DNA from: Selaginella moellendorffii
Taxonomy: Eukaryota > Plantae > Lycopodiophyta
Assembly: GCF_000143415.4 (NCBI RefSeq)
Contig: NW_003314351.1
Span: 377,470 to 441,469, forward strand
DNA length: 64,000 nucleotides
Reading direction: 5' to 3'
Positions 24,599-36,059 of the stretch are shown piece by piece. The translations under genes and the position numbers were made by a program. Every line of letters begins with the position of its first letter. The stretch's first letter is position 1. Below the pieces are notes generated by a model that saw only the letters and a program-made list of their open reading frames with translations, made no database searches and was not told where the DNA came from.

Positions 24599-25193
24599 TG
24601 TAAGCTCCTGAATTTGGACTTCCCGGGAGGTCAACCAGCCCAGTACTATTCAAACCCAAGGACGCTTAACCCCAAGTATCCCAAGACCCTTAACCGATTG
24701 GAAAAGGGGGTGCACTCTTGTTCATGGGCCCTTTCCCTCTATATTTGAACCCCTATGGATCGTCTCTCGAGTCGTTCCCTTTGGTTGCTTACAATCCACC
24801 ACGCTTCCCTGCAAGTTCACGCCCTCGTGAACGGAAGCTGAGAGCCGCAGCTCTCCCGAGAGCCTCGCTCTCTTGACACCCTACCCCTCGGGTCGAGCCC
24901 AGCGGGAGTAAACTGGACCAACCAGATGTCAATCAACATGTGGTGTGATTCCCCTAGCCAACCAACAGAGTCGGACCCGAGACCGCTCCGATACCAAATG
25001 TAAGCTCCTGAATTTGGACTTCCCGGGAGGTCAACCAGCCCAGTACTATTCAAACCCAAGGACGCTTAACCCCAAGTATCCCAAGACCCTTAACCGATTG
25101 GAAAAGGGGGTGCACTCTTGTTCATGGGCCCTTTCCCTCTATATTTGAACCCCTATGGATCGTCTCTCGAGTCGTTCCCTTTGGTTGCTTACA
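24599..25193 (-). mobile_element. Cassandra TRIM, intact (LTRs 24599-24793 and 24999-25193 with 5S rRNA-derived segment)
   Basis: TSD GTCTA; apparently identical 195-bp LTRs; PBS TGGTATCGGAGC (24985-24996); minus strand GTTAAGCGTCCTTGGG..AGTACTGGGCTGGTTGACCTCCCGGGAAGTCC resembles the plant 5S internal promoter region (24616-24670, 25016-25070). Confidence 0.93.
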
Positions 25194-26354
25194 GTCTACC
25201 TCAAAGTCCTTACCAAAGTCTGGTAATGCCAACACCGGAGCCTTCCTCAACTTCCCTTTGAGGTGGACGAATGCCGCCTCGCATTCCGCTGTCCATACCA
25301 TCTTCCCTTTTCCCGTTTGATCCGTTAAGGGCAGGGCTACTCTCGAATAGTGTCTGATAAACTTTCGATAGTAGTTGCATAGCCCCAAGAACGCCCTCAA
25401 CTCATGTACATTCGATGGTCGCTCCCATTCCTGGATCGCTTAGACCTTCTCCGGGTCCACCTTGAGCCCGTCCTGGCCCACCACATGCCCGAGAAACTTT
25501 ACCTCTTGTTGAGCAAAGTCACATTTGCTCTCTTTAGCATACAGTTTATATTCCCTTAGTTTCTCAAACACCTTCGCCAAGTGTTCGGCATGCTCCTCTA
25601 GCGTCTCGCTATAGATCAGGATGTCGTCAATATAGACGACCACGAAGTGATCCAGATAGGGTACAAAGATGTGGTTCATCAACGCCGAAAACGTTGCCGG
25701 CGCATTGCACAGCCCAAAGGGCATCACCAAAAACTCAAAGCTCCCATACCTCGTTCGACAGGTTGTCTTCTCGACATCTTCCTTGGCTACCCTGATCTGG
25801 TAGTATCCTGACCTTAGGTCAATCCTCGAGAAGTATTTTGCCTTTCCCAACCTATCGAAGAGGTCCTCAATCCTTGGCAAAGGGTACTTGTTCTTCTTGG
25901 TATACTTGTTGAGCAACCGGTAGTCTATGCACATGCGCATAGATTCATCTTTCTTTTTCACAAATAGCACCGGCGCCCCATATGGCGACTTGCTCAACCT
26001 AACATACCCTTTGTCCACCAACTCCTCTAGTTGGCGCTTGAGCTCCGCAAGTTCTTTTTCGTTCAATCGATAGGGTGGACGAACCACCGCCTCAGCACCC
26101 TCGACCAGCTCAATCTTATGTTCTATCGGTCGTGCGGGGGGCAACCATGCCGGTAGCTCCTCCGGCATGGTATCCTGGAATTGGTCCAACACCCGCTGGA
26201 TCACTAAAGGTACTTCTTCTGTTCCTGTCTTTTTGTCACTTCTCACCGAGAGTAAGCACAAAAATGTAGCCTTGGTACCTTTAGTGAATTGTCCTCTTGT
26301 GGACACCAGGTTCAGGCATGAATCTTTAGCCTTGCATTGCCCTACCTTTAGATC

Positions 26355-27995
26355 CTAGGCCTCCACCCTGGATCTTCTTCCTTGGGCATTCGCCAATACC
26401 ACAAGGTTCCTACCTTGTCCATGTAGGGCTACCACGAACCGATTGAACCAATCCATTCCGAAGATCACGTCAAATCCCGCCATGTCCAACACGGTGAAAT
26501 CCATGTCTACTTTCCATGTCCCTACTTCGACTCTCGCTTGTCGAAGTACCTCATCGGTGCTTTGGCTACCTTGAACAAACTCTATAGTCCTTGGTTCGCC
26601 TAGCCGCTGCACCGTTAGTCCGGCTTGCCGGACTATGTCTGCAGCCACAAAATTATCCGAAGCACCCGTGTCAATAAGGATCTTAACAAAGCTACCTTCG
26701 AGCTTCCCTCGGAGGGCTAGTAGATGTCGCGAACGACTCTCTACCAGAGTTGCTCGTGTAATGAGTAACTTTGAGTTAGGGACTGGATCACATACCTCAG
26801 TTTGGACTTCACCCGACTTGATGGCCATATTGGCTCTGGCCTTCTTCGGGTAGGGACATTCCCTCGAGAAGTGTCCCGCTTCACCGCAGTTGTAGCATAC
26901 GTTGTTTCCCACGTTGCTATATGACTTGACCTTCTTATCCGTGGGTTTGTCTCTTTTCGCTTGACTCCCCCACGTACTTGCTCGCTGGCCACTGGATTTG
27001 CCTTTCCGGAACCCCGAGGACTCATTCTTAGAGAAACTCTTCTTGAATTTCCCCCTGCTATATGTTCCCCTTGGTTTGGCCCCTTTGCTAAACGTGGATC
27101 CCGACCCCGTCATGTTCCCCTTTCGCAGGTTATCGTTGAAATGCACCTTGATGGCCGCATCCAACGCTTCCTTGTAGTTGGTCGGGTTCCAGCGCATCAC
27201 CTCACCGCGAGCCCAGGTTTGCAAACCTGATATGAAGGCATGGAACGCATCCATATCCCCCATGTCCATGACAAGTATCCTCTTTGCCATGAACCCATTC
27301 ACATATTCCTGGATGGTTCCAGTCTGCTTCAGCCTACTCAGTTCATCCCTCAGATGCAGAGTGGCATTCGGAGGAACATATGTTGCGCGGATCCTCGCCT
27401 TCATCATGTCCCAAGTGACCACCGGTCCTTCGTTGGCCTCCGTTGTTCTCCACCAAGACTTGGCATTATCTGCCAAGTATGGTTTTGCACATGGGACCTT
27501 CTCCGAGCTCGGTAACCGCAACGCTCGGAAGTAGTCCTCCATATCGTAAAACCAATCCTCCACCACCTTATAGTCATTCACTCCCTTGAAGACCGGTGGG
27601 GGCTTTGGTTTGTACTTGGGAACTGCCTGAGGGACTGATTCCACTTCAGTCTGTTCGACCTTGTCTGGTTTTGCCTCAGTCCCTGCCGAAGGGTCCGCAC
27701 CTTCTGCGCTGCCAGCATCCGCAGTCTTTCGCCTTTTCTTCCGCTTCTCGTCACGCTTTAGCTTGCGTACGAGAGTCTCCAGCAGGGCATTGGTCTGTGC
27801 CGATTGACCTTCTAGAACGTCCAATCGAGCTTTGGACGACCGAACCTCGCCACCGAACTCCTGTTTGGAAGTTTCCTCACTGGAGTCCTCCTCATGCAAG
27901 GATTCCTCATCCATAGCCTCTTGTTCGACCGGAGGCTCCAGCTCTGGCGGAGGTTCCGTCTCCGCCTGGGTTCGCTTACGCCCTGCCCTTGCCAT
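26355..27995 (-). CDS. gag: Family B copy 2 gag-protease ORF (546 aa)
   Basis: Retrotransposon gag core, zinc knuckle CYNCGEAGHFSREC, aspartic protease IDTGA..VIFGMDW. Confidence 0.93.
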   Translation of the reverse strand: MARAGRKRTQAETEPPPELEPPVEQEAMDEESLHEEDSSEETSKQEFGGEVRSSKARLDVLEGQSAQTNALLETLVRKLKRDEKRKKRRKTADAGSAEGADPSAGTEAKPDKVEQTEVESVPQAVPKYKPKPPPVFKGVNDYKVVEDWFYDMEDYFRALRLPSSEKVPCAKPYLADNAKSWWRTTEANEGPVVTWDMMKARIRATYVPPNATLHLRDELSRLKQTGTIQEYVNGFMAKRILVMDMGDMDAFHAFISGLQTWARGEVMRWNPTNYKEALDAAIKVHFNDNLRKGNMTGSGSTFSKGAKPRGTYSRGKFKKSFSKNESSGFRKGKSSGQRASTWGSQAKRDKPTDKKVKSYSNVGNNVCYNCGEAGHFSRECPYPKKARANMAIKSGEVQTEVCDPVPNSKLLITRATLVESRSRHLLALRGKLEGSFVKILIDTGASDNFVAADIVRQAGLTVQRLGEPRTIEFVQGSQSTDEVLRQARVEVGTWKVDMDFTVLDMAGFDVIFGMDWFNRFVVALHGQGRNLVVLANAQGRRSRVEA

Positions 27996-29929
27996 CTCCC
28001 AGCAATCCGCCTCTATCCTTCGCTAGAACTGAGGAAAAGGCTCCGATACCAAATTGTAAGCCACAAATTTTTCCTTTCCAATTTGCCAGCTTACCTCGTC
28101 TATCCGTCCAACACCGCCTTGGCCTTTGCTAAGTTCCCTTGCCAAGGTTCTCACCTATGGTACCAGCTCCTACTTGGTCTCAGCTACTTACTGCACGAGC
28201 AACGGAGTGTTAGCCATCCATCTATGGATTCCCAAATCACTCCCAATCCCCCTCCCCGGGTTAGACTGGACTTAAGGTTCGGCTTCACTCCCCGCAAGCA
28301 CAAGCAGCCAAGCACACCAAGCTTCCAGGTTCCTAACATCCCTTGGTACCACAAGACTTGATCATGGGACCCTCTAAATCCCAAGTCTTGAGTGCAACAC
28401 TTGCTTCGGGACGCCGGGGCGAAACACTGTGGCCTAGCGGCCCGGTATGGGTACCTCTCGCCCCTCACTTCCATCCCGAAGGAAGGCCCAAGCCCCTAGG
28501 AAGGGCGAGGACCAATGAGCCGCATGGTACTCAAGTGGGGCACCACTCCACATGAGCCGGGAGCACCGCAATCGGTTTCCCTTTCGGGAGTGGAGCTGCT
28601 CTTGAGCACTTCCTTGGATGGCCCCTCCGGCACCAGCCAAGTCCATGCTCACTCCCACCCAAGGCCCCTCGGTCCCAGTCCCAACCTCAAGTCGGTTTGG
28701 AAGCCCAACTGGAGAGTCCCTTCAAAACTGGTTCCTGGACCTCACTATCCCTACTATACTTTTGGAACCCCCTGCAGCCCCCCGCCCCCCCCCTTGGGAG
28801 ACGCACGCTTTGGGTCACCCCTTGACCCGTATTAGTATTTGGACTTAGTCTCTGGCTCGATCTCGGACCCGATTTCGGATCCGACTTCGGATTCGGTCTC
28901 AGACTCGATCTCGGACTCTATCTCGAACTCGGTCTCCGAGTCGGTCTTGGACTCAATCTTCGACTTGGTCCCATCCGATAAACTCTTTGTCATTTTGGTC
29001 ATGCTTTTGGGGTTCCTTTAGCCTACGACACCTCGGCGAGTTGGTTCCTTACAGCTTGGTGAAGTGTTCAAGAGCCGGCTCTAGTTCCCTCGGGAGATCG
29101 ACTGGCTGATGCTCCCAGTCCAGGTGTGGGTGGCACTACCTACTTGGATACCTGGTGTGGCTCAACGGAACCTCACTCTAAACCCATGGCTAGAGCACCC
29201 AAAGGCAGAAGGCGAGGAGAGTACCCACGAGGCTCGCGTAGGGCCACGGTGTTCCAAAATGTTGCCCCAAAGTCCCAGACTATGGAAAGGAAGAGGAGTA
29301 GCCCTCTAGTATGGTGACAAGGGACACAGTCACACCGTGAGGAAGTCCCAGAGGACTGTTGGACTTAGTCATTGGGCCTGTGGGCCTTGATCCAGTGGCA
29401 GTGTTGGTGAACACGGCCATGGACAGGAAGGGACTTGGTGGGGACCGAAAAGGAGATATTGGGAAAGGCTATTCCCCATGTCTGCAGACATCCTAAGGAT
29501 GCTATAGAGTGGATCTGGGATAGCCACTCATGGATGGATGGCCTAGTCTTTGAGAGACGGGATTGTAATACAGGTGGTGTTGAACCACCGGGGTGACCAA
29601 GGTGAATGGGCATGGCCTTAGCGTAACGGGCCGATATGTCGGTGGTACCTTGGGGTGTCGGTCATGGGATCGGACACGTGGAGCACTTAGACCAAGTGCA
29701 AAGGTTGAGTGGCATGGATGCCATTCTCGGGGCTAGCAAGCCCCAAGTCCTAACTGGGATTTATAGAGGTTGTGAATGAGACTCCTCCAAGTGGTCGGAG
29801 GTGTGGTTAAGTGACTAAAGTAAAATGGAAAAATTAGTCGCTTACACGTATATTGAGACTAATCCCTCAATATCACTGGATGATAGCTTATTGACTTGTC
29901 CCAGAGACTAACTCTTGGTACTAAGGGAG

Positions 29930-31082
29930 GTTCTGCGTCTGGCTTGGGTCTAAGCCCAAGTTCCATTCCATGCTAATTGGTGGAATACCCATATCCTTGC
30001 GTTATGCCACCGGTATGCTGAAATAGCACCAAACTCCATTTGGCTCCGTTTTGTATGCTGGTCCTAGCATAGGGATGTTGGATACTCTAGAACTGTTCCA
30101 AATCATTTTGTGCTCTTATCCCTTCACTCCTTGGGTTGTATGCTTAGGAGTCGTTCCATACTCCAGTGCCATTGCTCCTTGGTTCCATGTTTGGAAGTTT
30201 GGCACCATTCCTTCATTTAATGGCCTAAGGCCTTGAAATTTGGGTTCCACACAACTATCCTTTAGACACATGGCATGTGACACGTGGCACATGACATGTC
30301 ACACATGGAGGGTTTAGAGGGTTTAAATTCTGCTTCTGTGGTTATCCTATGGTAAAGCACCATAGGATAAAGGGTAAAAATCACATGCGCTACAAATGGT
30401 CAAGCAAAAGCAACAAACAAAACATTGAAGACCATCCTCAAGAAAGTCATCAATGATTCCGGCAAAGACTAGGATGAAAAACTTCTTGACGTACTTTGGG
30501 CCTATCGAACTGCGTATAAAGTCACCACCGACATGATGCCATTAAAACTCGCCTTTGGAACAGAAGCCATCACGCCAATTGAATTCATCGTCCCGAGCAT
30601 GCGAGTCACCGTCAAGTATAATCTCAACATGCAATTTGAGAAAGGCTTCAACAACTCGAATGTCTTGACGAGCTTCAACCCAACGCCCTCTAGACACTTC
30701 ACACCATCCAAAAACAGCAAAAAGCTCAGCATGATCGACAAGCATCCCGGCACAACATTCCGAAATACAGCATCAACGATCATGTTCTCTAGTACCAAGG
30801 ACCCATCAGCCAAACTCCCAAACATGGAACCAAGGAGCAATGGCACTGGAGTACAGAACGACTCCCGAGCATACAGCCCAAGGAGTGAAGGGATAAAAGC
30901 ACGGAATGACTTGGAACAGTTCTAGAGTATCCAGCATCCCTATGCTAAGACGAACACACAAAATGGAGCCAAATGGAGTCTGGCACTATTTCAGCATACC
31001 GGTGGCATAACGCAAGGATATGGGTATTCCACCAACTAACATGGAATGGAACTTGGGCTTAGACATAAGTTGGACGCAGAAC
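29930..31082. repeat. Inverted repeat, ~275-bp arms (29930-30203 / 30808-31082)
   Basis: Arms are reverse complements with scattered mismatches. Confidence 0.85.
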
Positions 31083-31460
31083 AAAAATAGGCACACAAGC
31101 AAGAGTGAGACTATGCCTCAGGTTGGTCAACCATGCCCGAACTACCCACTATCCCTACTATACATTTGGAACCCCCTGAAATACAACGTCAACGATCATA
31201 TTCTCTGGTACCAGGGACCCATCGGCAAACTCGGCTGGAAACTCCACACCAACTGGAAAGGACCTTTCAAAATCATTGCACTCTACCCCAATGGCACTGT
31301 CAAAGTCAGCACACTCGCTGAAGACTTCACTGAGATCGTCAACCTCAACAAGCTTCGACCATATCACGTTGTTCAGCATCAGCACCTCAGCAAATTTCCA
31401 ACCAGAACCGACAAACATCTTGAAACCAACAATCGACAATCACCGGTAGCCAAACTTTAA
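30380..31460 (+). mobile_element. Degenerate non-chromovirus gypsy (Athila/Tat-like) integrase fragments
   Basis: NGQAKATNKTLKTILKK..LLDVLWAYRTAYK..AFGTEAITPIE; KLHTNWKGPFKI. Confidence 0.75.
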
Positions 31461-32596
31461 CTCAACCCAGTTAGACGCAACTCAACTCGACTCAACACGA
31501 ACTCATCCACCAACTTCAGCAACAAACAGTAGCAAAAATCTATAAGTTCCAAGCTACCGTTGGATCAACACCACCTCAGCAGATATCAACAGTTGAACTT
31601 GAGTTAACTTCATCAGCAATATCCACCATTGATCTTCAATCAAGCCAAGTCAAACCAAATCAATTCGGTCAACAAATCTCTACCATTTATCACCAGCAAT
31701 CGAGCGCCACATGATCAGCCTACCAACAGGTCTCAAGAACCCTAACAGGGCAAGCACTTTGATCTGAAGAGAAAGATGCCAGCTCATCCACCCTGGCACC
31801 TCAGATACGTCACACACCATATTCCTAGGCTTCCCAGCAACGACATAGCCACTTGGCTCAAGGACAATGGATTCTAGCTCCAGCCATCAACAAGCCGATT
31901 ATCTGGTCGAATATCAAGATGGTTCCTTTTACTACAAGAATACAACTTCGAAATCGTCCACAAACCCGGCAAAAATCACTAGCAAGCAGATTATTACAAT
32001 TATCAACATGTCTAAGTGCACATACAAAAGGGTCTGGGAGAATGCTCTAATCCTGAATATTACTGTCCGCATGGTTTCTCACCACACCTCTTCAACATTT
32101 CTCCTCCATAGTACGACTGTTAACTTAACGTCGACACGGGGGACAATTTCAGAATCCAATCGCTTCAATCTCCTTGTATTGTCCACAGCCAGTGTCAGAC
32201 ATAGTGCAGCCTTCTCTTTGCTTAATCTTTGTTAAATTATAATTGGAGAAAATGTGATCTAAGCCAGAATTTCTTTCTTGCTTTCTTACTTTATTCTGAT
32301 TCATGTTGTGTTCCCATTGTACTTCTAAATTCACAAAAGACCTGCTCGTTCTTGCGCCTCTATTTGACGTCGATGCTGGCGACCAAGATACTTTTCCAGC
32401 CCAACCTCAAAGAATCGGTTTCTTCAAGGACCTGCCCTACTTTCCTATCGATCCAGAGGAAGATACAATATTTCTCCTACACTCCATCACAAATTGCATG
32501 GCGAGTAACTTCGGACATTGACACCGGCCCCTCCAAGGAGGGACATTCCTTATTCATTCATAATAGTAATGCCCATAACTAGTTTCAGCAACTAGA

Positions 32597-33435
32597 CTAG
32601 ACAGGCAGAGCGATACCCCCTGCAGCGCAGAGATCAGCTCCGGTGTTGCGATCGTAGAGACTGCAGCCCTCTTTCATGTCCTCGCAGCTGCGGCGTGCAT
32701 TCCTGCAAGACTGCAGGGTGGTGCCCTGAAAAGTTACAGACTTGGTACAAATGGACACTCTGGGCAGGCAAACGAGGGCGCAAACCCCCATGGGGTCTTC
32801 AGTAGGCAGGCAGGTGCTGTTTGCGGATGGATTCTCCAAGTAGATGCAACCGGATTTCCCGAAGCAGCAACCACAGTTATCTTTGGAGACCTCGGCATTG
32901 CAGACCTCCACAATCGAATCAAGCTTACACTTCCTTCCTGCCATGAGCTCTATCGGAGAGGGCTGAGCTTCCTGAACATAATGAACAAGGCGGTTACCTT
33001 GATCTGTGCCCTGCTGCTCCAGCCGCGGGATGGGGTCACCGTTAACGATGTTGTAGTAACCGCATCCAGGTTGTCGGGGTGGGAGTTTTCCCTTGAGCAC
33101 CTTGATGCCTGATGTTGGGAATCCTGATGAAGGCAATGGGCATACGGCCAACTTCGGACCTTGGCACTCCCGGGTACAAGCCCTTGAATCACCGCCAATG
33201 CAAGTGACTTGTCCTGAACCAGGTTGCAGATAGACACAACCTTTCTTCAGACTACAGCAGTTGCTGCAATCGGTATAGGTGAGGTCACCATTGCAAACCT
33301 CGACGACACCACCTTGAGCAGCTGCAAGAACAGGAGTCCGAGTTAGAATCGAACATACAAGTGGAGATCTCTCTCACAGGATAACGAGGCCAACAGAAGA
33401 AGAACGAGCACGGGGAGATTGCCGCTTCCAGCCAT
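32597..33435 (-). CDS. Secreted multi-domain potato type II (Pin-II)-like proteinase inhibitor, 260 aa; exons 33435-33378 and 33321-32597
   Basis: Signal peptide MAGSGNLPVLVLLLLASLSSA with phase-1 GT-AG intron (56 nt); motifs CSNCCSLKKGCVY, ACTREC, CGCCFGKSGCIY, VCALVC. Confidence 0.8.
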
Positions 33436-33999
33436 ACTTCTCTATTGCAGATCTGATGGGCTTTTGAAGTCCAGCATTGGTGCTTTAGAAATGTTCAAAA
33501 CGTGTGTCCTTGACACAATGGATATCTTAATGCAGTAAGATAAGCCCTCTCACCACGGATGTGACGGGCGAGCTGAATGTCCTTTGGCAATGCCAAAGGA
33601 CATCTAATGCCAAATTGGCATTAGATAGTGGCTTGCTTTGCGAAGATTCACCGGTAAAATGCGGGAACAATGCCCAGTCTCAGCACAAAAACAAATATCA
33701 GCTCCAGTGTTGCAAACGTAGAGATTGCAGCCCTTGATAGAATGAGCGGACCGAAGCTGGAGAGCCTAGGCCTGAAAAACGATCAGGCACGGTTGCAAGG
33801 GTGCAGGGTAACAAGTTGCATACGGTGGCAATTTATTTTGGAAAAATGCTCGTCTCGACCATTTTGATTTTTTATATTCATTTTCTGATATTGTCTGTAT
33901 TGAAAACATATATGCCACTAGCAACCCTTGTACCAGGGGTGCTACCCCGATCGATTTTTTGCTCTTAGGCAGGGAAAGCTGGATTACTCCTGTGTTGAG

Positions 34000-35030
34000 A
34001 GCTCATAAAATAGAGTAAATGGCAGCATCTGTTAGAACTAAGCTGAACATGCACACAACCAAGGCAGGTAGCTCACTGGTAGAGCACCTGGCACCGGTGT
34101 AGAAGGTCCTGCCTGTCCAACCATTTTCCAACAGCATCCATCCCTCCAGCTGGCTGAAAGTTTGGATCCCAGGACCATTTTGCACTAACAATGCAAACTT
34201 TAATTGAACCAGGCCATGGGGAAGAGTCAACCATTGAACCCAATCATGATCAATAACAAGGACTCGACGCAAAGAGTTTCTTCAATTCTCATATTGGTGT
34301 TGGTACAGTGGTTCACATTGAGTTGGTAGCTTCCCAGACAACTTGTTTGGTTGCTGCTAAAGTTCCTTGATGGAACACTGCCTTCAAACCTGTTGTTGGT
34401 CGCATTGGAGCTGAAATTTTTGGAAGGCTCACCCGAGAAGATGGCCTCCCAGTTTGTTGGAGTTTAACAGAAGTATGCTCGGAAAGCTGAGAGGAATGCT
34501 GCCTTGTAGGTGACTAATATCTGCCGAATCTCAGGAGAGCTGAACAAGCTAGAAGCAGTTAGAGAGTTCCTAATCCCTGCAAGCTGGAATAGTTGGTTTA
34601 TGAATATCTATCAAATCCATCAAATCCAATGCACCTTCACTGAAAATGTCAACACAGTGAGCCATTTCCTCCAAACACAGTAGGTGTAATGGGACCAATG
34701 TTGTACTTGGCACTGTCCATAAACCATGGCTACAACAAAATAGCAATCGTTGGCATTGCTTTGGCTTGTACATGTGATCTGAAATATGTCCTGCCAGCCC
34801 ACGAGAGAACGAGCTTTTTAAATGCTTGAAAACGTTTACTGTTTGGAACGTACATAGGATGAAGTTATCGCCTCTGACGGTGAATCCAAAGCCCTCTCTC
34901 CAGATTGTCGCGAGTTTTACAAGTTCCCAGCAAGACACAACCTCACTGGCTGGACGAATCCAGAGCATGGCCCGTGGTGATTCGGCCTCTTTTGTTTTGC
35001 GTGGTTTACTCCCAAAGCCGGAGATCAACT
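34000..35030 (-). pseudogene. Decayed LRR receptor-like gene fragment (copy at ~47148-48173)
   Basis: Scattered LRR-like pieces (LSFPSILLLNSNKLGG; FEGSVP; LSGKLP) with stops and frameshifts. Confidence 0.4.
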
Positions 35031-35646
35031 TTCATGCTGGGAAGCTGGCCGGTGTAACCTTGGGGACGGTGTCTGGTGACGAGTTATTGCAGGGGCCGAG
35101 CCTGACCGAATCAACTGGTAAGCTAGAAGTTTTTTTCGTATTTAAGTATTCGCTGACTGATACTTTATTCCAGCGGCTTCGACATGGTCCGTAGCCAACG
35201 CCACGGCATTTGGACAGTGGATACAGAGCAGAGGCTCCATCTCTCCCGTTGCATCCGGCTACGTCATCTCCGGCCCGACCACAGCTCTACGAGCCGAGGT
35301 TGTTCATGTTTCCATGGAGGAGGAATGGCCGAGGACGCTCCAGAACGGTCTCGTAGCACACTTCGGCTCCTCCAAGGCTCGAGACAGGAGATGCAAGGGA
35401 TGCGTCTGGGTGGGAATGGCTTGTGTGACAACGCCGGTAGTAGCAGCAGTGTGGGCACAGGGAAGCCAGGGAGCAGCAGCGGCATCAAGCTGCAAATCCG
35501 CTACGTTCTAGAGCAACTTGGAGCGGAATTTTATGGCCTCTCGTGGCTGACCATCAGTCCCATGTATCTCCACCGGCATCCAGTGCTGCCTTACCACTGC
35601 GGCGTAGTGCTGCGGCTGGAGAAGCTACTGTATTACCCGAAGGCAC

Positions 35647-35673
35647 CACCGCCGCCGCCGCCGCCGCCGCCGT
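35647..35673 (+). repeat. (CCG)n microsatellite (copy at ~48792-48818)
   Basis: Direct reading. Confidence 0.9.
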
Positions 35674-36059
35674 TATGATTATGTACATACGATGTTTAAA
35701 ACGATAGTATAAATATACGTATTCTTATTAAGCAAAGGGAAGATTAAAAAAAAAGAGTTTAGCCTTTGTTCTTTAACCATCTCTTCTTGTTGAGCATACA
35801 ATGGCGGACTCAAGGGGCTCTTTTCCAGACGTATCACGCTAAACCAGTTAAAGACCGATCGATGCTTAACCTCACAACAATGCACAGCCATATTTCTTGC
35901 TGATATCGGTTCTAAGCCAAGGCGCATTGGCCAATGTCGCATTGCTGGATTCCTACCACTTTCGATGAAACTGCATTCTCTCTCGATCAGCCAAAACACC
36001 AAGCTATCTTTTAAAATAAAATAATAGAAATTATAAGAATTAAATTTCAGAGGATACCC

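Larger units (their letters stand above)
22624..26354 (-). pseudogene. pol: Family B copy 2 pol (RT, RNase H, IN, chromodomain), disrupted by Cassandra and nonsense codons; two introns
   Basis: YIDDILI; DASDFA; DRDKIF; chromodomain YEVEAIL..FHVKWKGF..EATWEP; stops at 25440 and 22684. Confidence 0.93.
15411..29053 (-). mobile_element. Compound family B chromovirus insertion (three LTRs, two internal regions) inside the 3' LTR of C1
   Basis: LTRs 15411-16408, 20916-22012, 28055-29053; near-perfect TSD GTTTG/GCTTG; PBS 28040-28051; PPT next to 16408 and 22012. Confidence 0.95.
8740..29846 (+). mobile_element. Element C1: large non-autonomous (LARD-like) LTR element; 5' LTR 8740-10460, internal 10461-14511, 3' LTR split into 14512-15410 and 29054-29846
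   Basis: TGTGAGACA...GCTTACA termini; PBS TGGTATCGGAGC 10464-10475; PPT ATGGGTGGTGGAGT before 14512; no ORF of 100 aa or more and no recognisable pol motif in the 4-kb internal region. Confidence 0.88.

Noticed and set aside
23508-24659. ORF starting MGLNSTGLVDLPGS fused to RNase H-integrase
   Set aside because: Chance read-out from the Cassandra LTR into the interrupted pol.
24616-24670. Possible 5S rRNA gene
   Set aside because: Only ~55 nt of diverged 5S sequence inside Cassandra LTRs.
35184-35678. 164-aa ORF ending in poly-Pro
   Set aside because: No recognisable domain; poly-Pro comes from a CCG microsatellite; cannot be supported as a gene.
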